A stretch of 62,048 nt of DNA, counting the filler. It is 8 parts of 8 records of this genome, joined end to end, with 100 filler letters (N's around TTAATTAATTAA, not from the genome) between each part and the next. Parts side by side here need not be neighbours in the genome. Positions count along the whole stretch, not along the records: positions 7,959 to 13,142 come from SRR31147125_44384; positions 13,243 to 20,818 come from SRR31147125_44409; 6 more parts are not named here. One strand, written 5' to 3'. Shown here piece after piece: positions 9,968 to 19,489 of the stretch (position 1 is its first letter; each line of letters starts with the position of its first letter). Made by a program: the position numbers and the translations under genes. The notes under the pieces were generated by a model. It was given only the letters and a program-made list of their open reading frames with translations, was not told the DNA's origin and searched no databases.

Positions 9968-10096
9968 TAAGAAGATTAGAGGATAAGAATATCAGAAGTT
10001 TAGTCGAGGAAAGAAGAGGTTAAGAAGATCAGAGAATGAGAAGTTAAGTCAAATGAATACCATAAACTCAGCTTCTAAACTTCTTAGCATCTCAGC
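9968..10096. repeat. Modular octamer-repeat element, copy 1 (AAGAAGWT-like units, core, then inverted units)
   Basis: AAGAAGAT-TAGAGGAT-AAGAATAT-CAGAAGTT, spacer, four more units, core AAATGAATACCATAAACTC, then AGCTTCTA-AACTTCTT-AGCATCTC. Confidence 0.85.
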
Positions 10097-10131
10097 AACG
10101 TGACTTAAAAAACTATAAGGAAGAACAGTTC

Positions 10132-11787
10132 ATGGAACCTAAAAACAAAATTCAATACTCTATTAATCCCGCAGGTGAAAAATTCCCGTTACCGGAAGAG
10201 AAAGATTACCAATCTGAATATATACGTATTAAAGAGCTTGCAGAGCATGCACGTAAGAAAGGGCAAGAAGTTGTTGTGGTCATGGGAGCTGGCTTCGTAG
10301 GAGCTGTTATGGCTGCCGTAGTTGCCAATACCCAAGATAAAGACGGGAAGTTCTCGAAATTTGTTATTGTTTGCCAACGACCTAGTACACGCAGTTACTG
10401 GAAAATCCCAATGTTGAACCGAGGAGTATCACCGGTCAAATCGGAAGATCCTGAAGTGGATGTGCTAATTGATCAATGTGTCAATAAGGAAAAAACGCTC
10501 ATAGCAACTTATAATAACGACTGTTTAAGTCTGGCTGATTGTGTTGTAGTAGATGTTCAATGCGATTTTGTAAAGCAGGATCTGGGAAATATGATCACCG
10601 GGGACACTGACATGGCCGCACTTGAGGCCACCATTAAAACTATTGGTGAAAAGGTTCAAGCGCATTGTCTCACACTTATTGAAACTACGGTAGCTCCCGG
10701 GACGACTGAGTTCGTTGCCTGGCCCATCATGAAAAAAGCCTTTGCTGAGCGCGGTATTGATTCCGAACCCTTACTGGCACACAGCTTTGAACGTGTAATG
10801 CCCGGAAAAGAATACGTTAGCAGTATTCGCGATTTTTGGAGAGTTTGTTCAGGTTGCAATAAAGAAGCCAGATCGCGGGTTGAGAAATTCCTGCATGAGG
10901 TTCTAAATACTGAAGAATACCCTCTCACTGTGATGGATCGCCCAATTGAGTCAGAAACCACTAAAATAGTCGAAAATTCTTACAGAGCTACAATTCTGGC
11001 ATTCTTGCATGAATGGAGCGTCTTTGCAGAACGCAACGGAGTTGATCTTATCAAAGTTGTCAATGCTATCAAAATGCGTCCTACTCATAGTAATATGATC
11101 TTTCCGGGACCGGGAATTGGCGGTTATTGCTTACCTAAGGACGGTGGACTGGGTTATTGGGCATATCGCCATATACTGGGATTTGAAGATGGTGATGACC
11201 TGTTTCAAATTACTCCTAAAGCTATTGATATAAATGATACAAGGTCACTCCACGCAGCTGAGCTAGTTGGCGATGCTCTTGAAAATATGGACCGTAAAAT
11301 TACCGGTGCAAATGCCTTACTTTGCGGAGCAAGCTATCGTCAAGATGTTGGTGATACACGCTACAGTGGGTCCGAAGTAATGATACGTAAGCTCGCTGAG
11401 ACAGGCCTTAATGTGCGTGTACATGATCCCTATGTTGAGCATTGGTACGAATTTATATCACAAGATACTTATCCTGCACCCGGCCAATCCAAAGCACAGT
11501 TTTTTAGCAACCAGGATGTCTTAAAAGAACTGCAGGTGGAAAAAGATCTATCTGCTGCATTACCCTGGGCTGATGCTCTGGTCTTGGCGGTTCCTCATAA
11601 AGAATACTTGGAACTTGATCCGAAAAAGATAGTAGAATGGGCCGGAAAGCCTATTGCTATCATTGATTGTTTTGGGATCCTAAGTGATGATACGATTCGC
11701 CAATATTTTAATTTGGGTTGTGAGGTTAAAGCTTTGGGACGCGGTCATGTTCAACGTTTGAAAGAAGAAGTTCAAAACAGAAGTTAA
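10132..11787 (+). CDS. Nucleotide-sugar dehydrogenase (UDP-glucose/GDP-mannose dehydrogenase family, long form)
   Basis: Motifs GAGFVG, ETTVAPGTT, ERVMPG, KIVENSYR, catalytic GIGGYCLPKD, SYRQDVGDTRYS, HDPYV. Confidence 0.93.
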   Translation: MEPKNKIQYSINPAGEKFPLPEEKDYQSEYIRIKELAEHARKKGQEVVVVMGAGFVGAVMAAVVANTQDKDGKFSKFVIVCQRPSTRSYWKIPMLNRGVSPVKSEDPEVDVLIDQCVNKEKTLIATYNNDCLSLADCVVVDVQCDFVKQDLGNMITGDTDMAALEATIKTIGEKVQAHCLTLIETTVAPGTTEFVAWPIMKKAFAERGIDSEPLLAHSFERVMPGKEYVSSIRDFWRVCSGCNKEARSRVEKFLHEVLNTEEYPLTVMDRPIESETTKIVENSYRATILAFLHEWSVFAERNGVDLIKVVNAIKMRPTHSNMIFPGPGIGGYCLPKDGGLGYWAYRHILGFEDGDDLFQITPKAIDINDTRSLHAAELVGDALENMDRKITGANALLCGASYRQDVGDTRYSGSEVMIRKLAETGLNVRVHDPYVEHWYEFISQDTYPAPGQSKAQFFSNQDVLKELQVEKDLSAALPWADALVLAVPHKEYLELDPKKIVEWAGKPIAIIDCFGILSDDTIRQYFNLGCEVKALGRGHVQRLKEEVQNRS

Positions 11788-11948
11788 GAAGATAAGAAAA
11801 TAAGAAGTTTAGTCAGAGGAACAAGAAGTTAAGAAAATAAGAAGACCAGAAGTTTAGACGAAGGAATAAGAGGATAAGAAGTTTAGCTAAATGAATTCCT
11901 TAAACTAAGCATCTCAACCTCTCAACCTCTTAAGCTCTTAACTTCTAG
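11778..11948. repeat. Modular octamer-repeat element, copy 2
   Basis: Three blocks of AAGAAGWT-like units separated by TAG...GGA spacers, core AAATGAATTCCTTAAACTA, then AGCATCTC-AACCTCTC-AACCTCTT-AAGCTCTT-AACTTCTA. Confidence 0.85.
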
Positions 11949-11994
11949 ATTGTAAGTAAATTTGAAATGAAAACAGAAAGTAAAATTATTACAA

Positions 11995-13089
11995 ATGACT
12001 AATGAAATGAAAACCATCCTCACCATCATCGGTGCCCGTCCACAATTTATTAAGGCAGCACCATTTTCAACAGCGATCAGAAAATACTTTAAAGAAGTGA
12101 TCGTACATACTGGACAGCATTACGATGAAAATATGTCCAAAGTATTTTTTGATGAAATGGGAATTCCTAAACCGGATTACAATTTGGGCGCAGGTTCCGG
12201 TACTCATGGCAGGCAAACGGCAGAGATGCTGGTCGGACTTGAAGACGTTATGCTGAAAGAAAAACCAGATTATGTTGTTGTGTTCGGGGATACGAATTCT
12301 ACGATTGCGGGGGCGCTTGCAGCCGCAAAACTTCATATTCCCATCGGTCACATAGAGGCAGGTTTAAGATCTTTTAACAAAAAAATGCCTGAAGAAATAA
12401 ATCGTATTGCTACTGATGTAATATCTTCTCAATTGTTTTGTCCCACCGATAATGCGATTAGCTTGTTAAAGAATGAAGGTATGGATAATGAAGTATATCA
12501 ATGCGGTGATATTATGTATGACGCCATGTTGCATTTTTTATCAATTTCAGATATTAAATCAAATATATTATCCGAACTTGGAATCACAAAAGGTGAATTT
12601 CACTTATTTACGATGCACAGACCTGAGAATACAGATCATATAGAACGCGTAAAATCAATATTTGAAGGTTTGAAAGCCTCGGATAAAACGATCATTTATC
12701 CGGTACATCCCAGAATGCGCTCTATCTTGGAAAAACCCGAGATCAAAGAAACAGTTAAAGATGTTAAAAATTTAATAATGATCGATCCGGTAGGTTATCT
12801 TGATATGATCCAACTTGAAAAATGTGCCGATAAGATCATTACAGATTCCGGAGGTATGCAGAAAGAAGCTTATTTCGTCAAACGGCCCTGTATAACCATT
12901 CGTGATGAATCAGAATGGGTAGAAACCATTGAATCCGGGTATAATATCATTGTGGGTGCTGATACTGATTTGATAGCCAAAGCCATAAAGGAATTTGAGC
13001 CGGTAATTTTGGATGATCATTTATATGGGAATGGATGTTGTGCTGAAAAGATCGTTATTGAGATTGAGAAGTATTTAAAGAGAATTTGA
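11995..13089 (+). CDS. wecB: UDP-N-acetylglucosamine 2-epimerase (non-hydrolysing)
   Basis: Motifs GARPQFIK, HTGQHYD, GDTNST, HIEAGLRS, MPEEINR, HRPEN, TDSGGMQKEA. Confidence 0.95.
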   Translation: MTNEMKTILTIIGARPQFIKAAPFSTAIRKYFKEVIVHTGQHYDENMSKVFFDEMGIPKPDYNLGAGSGTHGRQTAEMLVGLEDVMLKEKPDYVVVFGDTNSTIAGALAAAKLHIPIGHIEAGLRSFNKKMPEEINRIATDVISSQLFCPTDNAISLLKNEGMDNEVYQCGDIMYDAMLHFLSISDIKSNILSELGITKGEFHLFTMHRPENTDHIERVKSIFEGLKASDKTIIYPVHPRMRSILEKPEIKETVKDVKNLIMIDPVGYLDMIQLEKCADKIITDSGGMQKEAYFVKRPCITIRDESEWVETIESGYNIIVGADTDLIAKAIKEFEPVILDDHLYGNGCCAEKIVIEIEKYLKRI

Positions 13090-13101
13090 TCTATTAATCT
13101 C

Positions 13102-13130
13102 TTGCAAATTTAATACAATAATCTTATAAT
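13102..13130 (+). promoter_or_regulatory. sigma70-type promoter pointing off the contig end
   Basis: TTGCAA-17-TATAAT followed by a pyrimidine/GC-rich discriminator (TTCCCGCTCT). Confidence 0.6.
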
Positions 13131-13243
13131 TTCCCGCTCTTTNNNNNNNNNNNNNNNNNNNNNNNNNNNNNNNNNNNNNNNNNNNNTTAATTAATTAANN
13201 NNNNNNNNNNNNNNNNNNNNNNNNNNNNNNNNNNNNNNNNNNG

Positions 13244-15192
13244 AGTGTAACTATACTCGCTGCACCGAAGAACAAAACGTTTGAAGTAAAATCACCAAAC
13301 GCTGGTATTGTCCTGAAAATTAACGTTGGCCATAAGATTCAATGGTCTGTAGATCATAAGGGGCAGCAAATTATTGAACCATCTGCTATTTCATTAGAGC
13401 TTGAAAATGGAGAACAACTCGGAAACAACTCCAAAATTATATCGTCTGATTTAAAATCAATTGATACGGAATTCAAAGCCATTAATTACCGAAAAGGCAT
13501 AGTAAAAGATCAGTACGGGCTGTTGAAGTTGACTTTCAAAGGTGATTTTGGAGTGGAATTTAGAGTTTATGATGACGCCGTTGCATATCGGTTTTTCACA
13601 AAGAAAAAGGGTGATGTGGTTGTGAAAAACGAGGAGGCCAACTTTAATTTTACGGCTGATCACGAGGCATTTATACCATATTTGTGGGACTACCGTGGAG
13701 GAGAAATCTTTAATGCATCTTTTGAGTCTCCTTATTCCGAACAAAGAATTTCGGAATTTGCGACTGATTCGCTGGCTATTCTTCCCTTATTGGTAGATGT
13801 GGGGCAGGGAAAGAAAGCCGTAATTATGGAAGCCGATCTTGAGGATTATCCGGGAATGTTTCTGAATTTGAATAACACCGGTAAAGGTTTTAAAGGAGTG
13901 CATGCAGCTTATCCTTTAGAGGTTAAAGTCGGAGGATATGAAAATATGAATCGTATTCCGACCAAACGTGCCGATTATATTGCAAAAGTTGATGGATCCC
14001 GCACTTTTCCCTGGCGCGTTATGGCCATTAGTGAAGAAGATAAGGACCTGCTGAATAATGACATTGTTCAAAAGCTGGCTGCACCATCACGCATTGAAGA
14101 TCCTGGCTGGATTGAAGTTGGCCAGGTAGCCTGGGACTGGTGGAACGATTACAACATTACAGGTGTTGATTTTGTGGCCGGAATGAATACCCCGACGTTT
14201 AAATATTATATTGATTTTGCTGCTGCCAATGGTGCAAAATACATCATTCTCGACTGGAAATGGTCGGCCCGTTTCGATTTAAATGATGTAAATCCAGATG
14301 TTGATCTGGAAGAAATTATTGCCTATGGAAAATCAAAAGGAGTTGGTGTTATATTGTGGGCCGCTTGGGTGACCATTTATGAGCAAATGGAAGAGGTGTT
14401 TCCCAAATACGCTGCAATGGGGGTAAAAGGCTGGAAAATAGATTTTATTGACCGCGATGACCAATTGGCTGTTCGGTCTACCTACGAAATAGCGGAACTG
14501 GCTGCAAAGTACCATATGCTGGTAGATTACCACGGGGTTTTTAAGCCTACAGGTTTACAACGTACTTATCCCAATGTAGTTGGATACGAGGGTGTTTATG
14601 GATTGGAAAATTTTAAATGGGCCGATAAAGATGCACCCCGCTATGCCTTAACCATTCCTTTTATAAGAAATATGGCCGGTCCAATGGATTATACCTCTGG
14701 TGCTATGCGCAATGCAACACAAGCCGATTTTGTTGCCCGTAATCATGCAACCATGAGTAAAGGAACGCGCTGTCACCAATTGGCACAATATGTGGTTTTT
14801 GAAGTGCCCATACAAATGCTATCCGATAGTCCAACCGCTTACATGAAAGAACAGGAATGCACTGATTTTATAACCAGTATTCCAACAATTTTTGATGAGA
14901 CTGTACCATTGGACGGAGAAGTGGGTGAGTATGTAGCAATTGCCAGAAAAAAGGTGACAACTGGTATGTTGGAGCAATGACCAACTGGACAGCTCGTGAG
15001 TTGATGATTGATCTCTCGTTTCTGCCTGCCGGAACGTATCAGGCAGAGATTTTCAGTGATGGTATCAATTCGGATAAAGAAGCTACTGACTACAAGAAGG
15101 ATGTTATCCGCGTTACATCGGGTGAAAAATTGCAGATTCGCATGTATCCCGGCGGTGGATGGGCAGCTCGTTTCACACCTGTAAAAAAATAG
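13244..15192 (+). CDS. Glycoside hydrolase family 97, 5'-truncated, with a one-base frameshift near 14950
   Basis: Frame is open from the contig start (...FEVKSPN...). Motifs AWDWWN, KIDFIDRDDQ, DYHG, YEGVYGLE, GPMDYT. ORFs 13523-14980 and 14977-15192 join as ARKKGDNWYVGAMTNW if one A is added to the run at 14947-14952. Confidence 0.92.
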
Positions 15193-15211
15193 AACCTAAA
15201 ACCTTAATCTT

Positions 15212-16321
15212 ATGAAAATAATTAGTTTAAGCATGTTTCTCATGTCGGTTTATGTAACGTTGTCTGCGCAAACATGGCAACCTGCCGACCCGGAAGCTAC
15301 CCCGGAGGCGAAGCAATTATTTAGCCGCCTGTTGAAAATCCAGGAAAAAGGAATCATGTACGGGCATCAAGACGATTTAATGACAGGGCGAACCTGGTGG
15401 TACGAACCTGATCGTTCCGATACAAAGGAAGCTGTTGGTGATTACCCGGGAGTTGCCGGGTTTGAATTGGGAGAGCTGGAACTTGGTGGAAAATTGAGTT
15501 TAGACTCCAGCGCGTTTGCAAATATTGCCGAAAGGGTAAAGTGGTTTCATAAACAAAACGGTATTATTACAGTTAGCTGGCATTGTGTGAACCCAATTAC
15601 ATCGCAGTGGCCAGGTATCAAAGAACCAAATGGTGCTGGTTCAGCATGGGAAGTAAATATGCTTTCAGATAATGGTTTAAATGCAGTAAAAAGTGTACTT
15701 CCCGGTGGTTGCAATCATGCAATGTTTAATTCATGGCTTGACCGTTTAGCCAGGAACTTTCATAAATGGCGTGATGACAATGGTGTTCTAATCCCGTTTA
15801 TCTTCCGTCCGTATCACGAACATTCCGGTAGCTTTTTTTGGTGGGGGACTAACCGTTGTTACGACAAGGAATATGCTGAGTTGTGGCGATATACCGTGAA
15901 ATATCTTCGCAATAAGGGACTTCATAATATACTATACGCTTATAATACAGACAAGGTATACTCTGTGGGCGAGTATTTGAAAGGATATCCTGGCGATGAG
16001 TATATTGATATGTTGTCTATTGACTGGTATGGGCAGGGAGAAGAATTCAATAGGAATGTTGAACAGGCTTTGATTTTTACCACTCAACTAGCCGAAGAAA
16101 AACATAAGTTACATGCATTAAGCGAGTGCGGACCTATTAGTGAAGATTTGCAAAAAATTCTAGCCAAATATAAATCTTCATACCTTCTTACCTGGCGTCA
16201 TACTCCTCCGCGCGGCGGTAATTTAAGAGAGGCGAGGAAAACAAGGCATGAAGAACTTCTCGAAATTATGAAGGCAAATAAAAGTTATTTGTTTTTGAAG
16301 GACATTCAGAATATTAAATAA
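15212..16321 (+). CDS. Glycoside hydrolase family 26 (beta-mannanase-like), secreted
   Basis: Signal peptide, GHQDD, SWH, FRPYHEHSG (acid/base), WWG, YPGDEYID, LSECG (nucleophile). Confidence 0.9.
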   Translation: MKIISLSMFLMSVYVTLSAQTWQPADPEATPEAKQLFSRLLKIQEKGIMYGHQDDLMTGRTWWYEPDRSDTKEAVGDYPGVAGFELGELELGGKLSLDSSAFANIAERVKWFHKQNGIITVSWHCVNPITSQWPGIKEPNGAGSAWEVNMLSDNGLNAVKSVLPGGCNHAMFNSWLDRLARNFHKWRDDNGVLIPFIFRPYHEHSGSFFWWGTNRCYDKEYAELWRYTVKYLRNKGLHNILYAYNTDKVYSVGEYLKGYPGDEYIDMLSIDWYGQGEEFNRNVEQALIFTTQLAEEKHKLHALSECGPISEDLQKILAKYKSSYLLTWRHTPPRGGNLREARKTRHEELLEIMKANKSYLFLKDIQNIK

Positions 16322-16412
16322 CTCCCGTTTCGTTGCAGACATTTGTGAACTCGTTGTTGGGGAATAATCAGTTTAAACAAAAAATAATAACAATAAGATA
16401 GAATTTTGATTC

Positions 16413-17876
16413 ATGAGAAAAATAGTGTTTTTACTTGTTGGTGTTTTATTTGCATTTTCACTAAATGCGAAAGACATTAACTATAATGTGAAGGATTTTG
16501 GAGCCAAAGGCGATGGAGTCCATGTTGATTCAGAAGCGATCAATAAGGCAATCACTTTGGCCAATAAAGAAGGTGGCGGAACTGTTGTATTACCAGGTGG
16601 AAAATATCTGTGTGGATCCATCCGTATGAAAAGCCATGTGAATCTGTACTTGTCTCAAGGTTGCCAGATTATTGCCATTGATCGGGAGCCGGAAAAATAT
16701 TATGACCAGATAGAACAGGCTGCCAATTCGCAGTATCAGGATTATGTCCATTCTTATTTCCACAACGCGCTGATATGGGCCGATGGAGAAGAGGATATGT
16801 CTATTACAGGGCCCGGAATAATCTACGGGAAAGGATTAGTAAAAGATTGGTACCGTGATAACAAATTCGCTGATAAAAGTATTTCGATGGTTCGTTGCCG
16901 GAATGTGATATTACGCGATTTCTCAATCTATCATGGAGGATGGTTAGGAATGTTGTTGACAGGTGTGGACAACCTAACAATTGACAATCTTAAGATTGAT
17001 ACAAACCGCGATGGAATGGATATCGATTGCTGTAAAAATGTGCACGTATCCAATTGTTACATTAATTCACCTTACGATGATGGTATTTGCCTTAAAAGTT
17101 CGTATGCACTTGGATATGCCCGTGTGTGTGAGAATGTTACCATTACAAATTGCCATTTGAGCGGATATGACGAAGGAACATTGCTGGATGGTACTTATCA
17201 GCGTTCGAAAAATTCGGAGTATGGATATCACCCGACAGGCCGGATCAAGTTTGGGACCGAATCTAATGGTGGCTTCATTAATATTGCAATATCCAATTGC
17301 AGTTTTGACTATTGCCGTGGGTTTGCTATCGAATCGGTTGACGGGGCAATCGTTGAAGATGTGGTAATCAACAACATTACAATGAGGGATATTGTAAACG
17401 ATCCTATTTTTATTCGCCTTGGCGCACGTATGCGTGGCCCGGAGGAGGCTAAGGTTGGCTCGATCAAACGAATTCTCTTTTCAAATATTATGGTTTATAA
17501 CGCACATCCGAGTTACTGTTCAACTATTAGCGGTATACCGGGGCACTATATCGAAGATATTACATTGAGCAATATTCATATCTATGCGAAAGGCGGATAT
17601 CAGGGAGATATCTCAGCGGAAATACCTGAAAATCGCGATAAATATCCGGAGCCGGGTATGTTCGGAAATACAGGAGCTTTCGGATTCTTTATTCGTCATG
17701 CACGAAATGTCACATTGAATAATGTGGAAATTCATGCATTGGAGAACGATACCCGATCTGCATATCGGTTAATTGACGCACATGATGTGACTTATTTTCG
17801 CTGCAATATACCTGAAGAACAGAAGAATGAGCAGGTGAAGCAAGAACAAAGTAGTCGGATTATTATTGAAAACTGA
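16413..17876 (+). CDS. Glycoside hydrolase family 28-like parallel beta-helix protein, secreted
   Basis: Motifs NVKDFGAKGDG, DTNRDGMDID, DDGICLKS, GRIKFGTES. Confidence 0.88.
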   Translation: MRKIVFLLVGVLFAFSLNAKDINYNVKDFGAKGDGVHVDSEAINKAITLANKEGGGTVVLPGGKYLCGSIRMKSHVNLYLSQGCQIIAIDREPEKYYDQIEQAANSQYQDYVHSYFHNALIWADGEEDMSITGPGIIYGKGLVKDWYRDNKFADKSISMVRCRNVILRDFSIYHGGWLGMLLTGVDNLTIDNLKIDTNRDGMDIDCCKNVHVSNCYINSPYDDGICLKSSYALGYARVCENVTITNCHLSGYDEGTLLDGTYQRSKNSEYGYHPTGRIKFGTESNGGFINIAISNCSFDYCRGFAIESVDGAIVEDVVINNITMRDIVNDPIFIRLGARMRGPEEAKVGSIKRILFSNIMVYNAHPSYCSTISGIPGHYIEDITLSNIHIYAKGGYQGDISAEIPENRDKYPEPGMFGNTGAFGFFIRHARNVTLNNVEIHALENDTRSAYRLIDAHDVTYFRCNIPEEQKNEQVKQEQSSRIIIEN

Positions 17877-17882
17877 TAAGCA

Positions 17883-19472
17883 ATGAAAAGCAAGATTATT
17901 AAATTTTTCTTCAAGACATGTCCTAAAACCGGACGTATCCGGGGAATAAACGATCACAATATTTGGTTAAAAATTTTGTTTCCACTAACCGGGATACTTG
18001 CTGTTATATGGTTTTTATTAAGAGTTGTACCCAAACCATCGCGCATTTATTATCATTGTCAGCAAGTTGTAGCACCTATTGCTATTTCAACATTGACTTA
18101 TTTTGGAAGTATTGTTGGATTTTCAGCTTTGTTGAAACGGATTCCCAAACTCATTCATAAACGAAAATATCTTGCCGCAACAGGCAGTGTGTTTTTGTTA
18201 GTAATGATTGGTGCAATTTTTATCATACAAAATTCGGATACGTTATTGGCTAAAGTGCGTCCCCAGCATGAGTGGATTCCCAAAGACGGGCCAAACGAGC
18301 CTATTGGTATCGCGAAAGGAATCTATCCGGGGCGGGTGGTCTGGAGCCGCAACACGAACGTGTCTAATTGGTATGGCGAATTTGGTGAAGGGTATTATTG
18401 GGAAGAAAAATTTACCAATCAGGACACCGTTTGCCAAATGGTGAGTGAATCCCTTTTGAAGCTTACGGAAACAGATCAACTAAAAGATGCTTGGCTGAAG
18501 CTATTTACTTATTATAATCTGAAACATGGGAAGGGAGAACGAGGTTATATTCCGGGCGAAAAGATAGCCTTTAAAATTAATTGTAACAATGCCTATGGAG
18601 GTTATGCTGACAAAGACAACCAGATAGATCAATCAAAACAAACAGTGTTGGCATTGCTGCGACAATTGGTTAATGAGGCGCAGGTCGATCAAAAAGACAT
18701 TTGTGTGTACGAAGCTTGTCGGGTAATACCTGACCGTATTTATAGTCCATGTCATCGTGAATTTCCTGAAGTTCTTTGGATGGATTCACAAGGGAATAAC
18801 GAAAATGGACGAATACCCGTGATCTGGAAACAGGATGTTATCCACTATTCAGGCAAAACTCAGTGTGGCAGTGCTATTCCTCAATATGTTTACGATGCCG
18901 ATTATTTGATTAATATGACGTTAGTGAAAGGTCATATTTCTTTTGGGGTTACTTTAACTGCAAAAAATCACTATGGGACGATAAACAAGCAAGATCACCC
19001 TTGGCTTAAACCCGGTGATTATTCTCCTTTTGTTGACTTTATTGGTAGTAAATATGTTGGCGAAAAAACCTTGTTATACATTTTAGATGGTTTGTATGGC
19101 ATCCGTGATGTGAACGATCCGGTAACAAACGAGTTTGCTGCCTGGAATAATTTGTTCGAAGGAGAATGGCTGAGCAGTATATTCGTGTCGCAAGATCCGT
19201 TAGCAATTGATGCAGTTGGCTATGATTTGTTGAGAAATGAATTTCACGAAAGATTAGGAAGGGGATCGGGAGCTGCCGCTGATGTATATATGCATGAAGC
19301 TGCCTTAGCAGATAATCCTCCTTCTGGTACAGAGTATGTGCCAGATGGTATTCGGTTGAAAAGCATTGGTGTGCACGAGCATTGGAATAATGCCAGGGAC
19401 ATGCAATATTCGAAGGATCTTGATCCGCAGGCGAAAAATGGAATTGAACTTATCAAATTATTTCACCAATAA
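17883..19472 (+). CDS. DUF362 domain protein with N-terminal membrane anchor
   Basis: Motifs WFLLRVVPKPSR..YHCQ, GIYPGRVVW, GEKIAFKINCN, KGH...GVTLTAKNHYG, SQDPLAIDAV, GVHEHWNN. Confidence 0.75.
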   Translation: MKSKIIKFFFKTCPKTGRIRGINDHNIWLKILFPLTGILAVIWFLLRVVPKPSRIYYHCQQVVAPIAISTLTYFGSIVGFSALLKRIPKLIHKRKYLAATGSVFLLVMIGAIFIIQNSDTLLAKVRPQHEWIPKDGPNEPIGIAKGIYPGRVVWSRNTNVSNWYGEFGEGYYWEEKFTNQDTVCQMVSESLLKLTETDQLKDAWLKLFTYYNLKHGKGERGYIPGEKIAFKINCNNAYGGYADKDNQIDQSKQTVLALLRQLVNEAQVDQKDICVYEACRVIPDRIYSPCHREFPEVLWMDSQGNNENGRIPVIWKQDVIHYSGKTQCGSAIPQYVYDADYLINMTLVKGHISFGVTLTAKNHYGTINKQDHPWLKPGDYSPFVDFIGSKYVGEKTLLYILDGLYGIRDVNDPVTNEFAAWNNLFEGEWLSSIFVSQDPLAIDAVGYDLLRNEFHERLGRGSGAAADVYMHEAALADNPPSGTEYVPDGIRLKSIGVHEHWNNARDMQYSKDLDPQAKNGIELIKLFHQ

Positions 19473-19489
19473 CTACTTACCTAAATTAG

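Noticed and set aside
9968-11948. CRISPR array interpretation of the intergenic repeats
   Set aside because: Units are degenerate 8-mers, not 23-47 bp repeats with unique spacers, and no cas genes are present.
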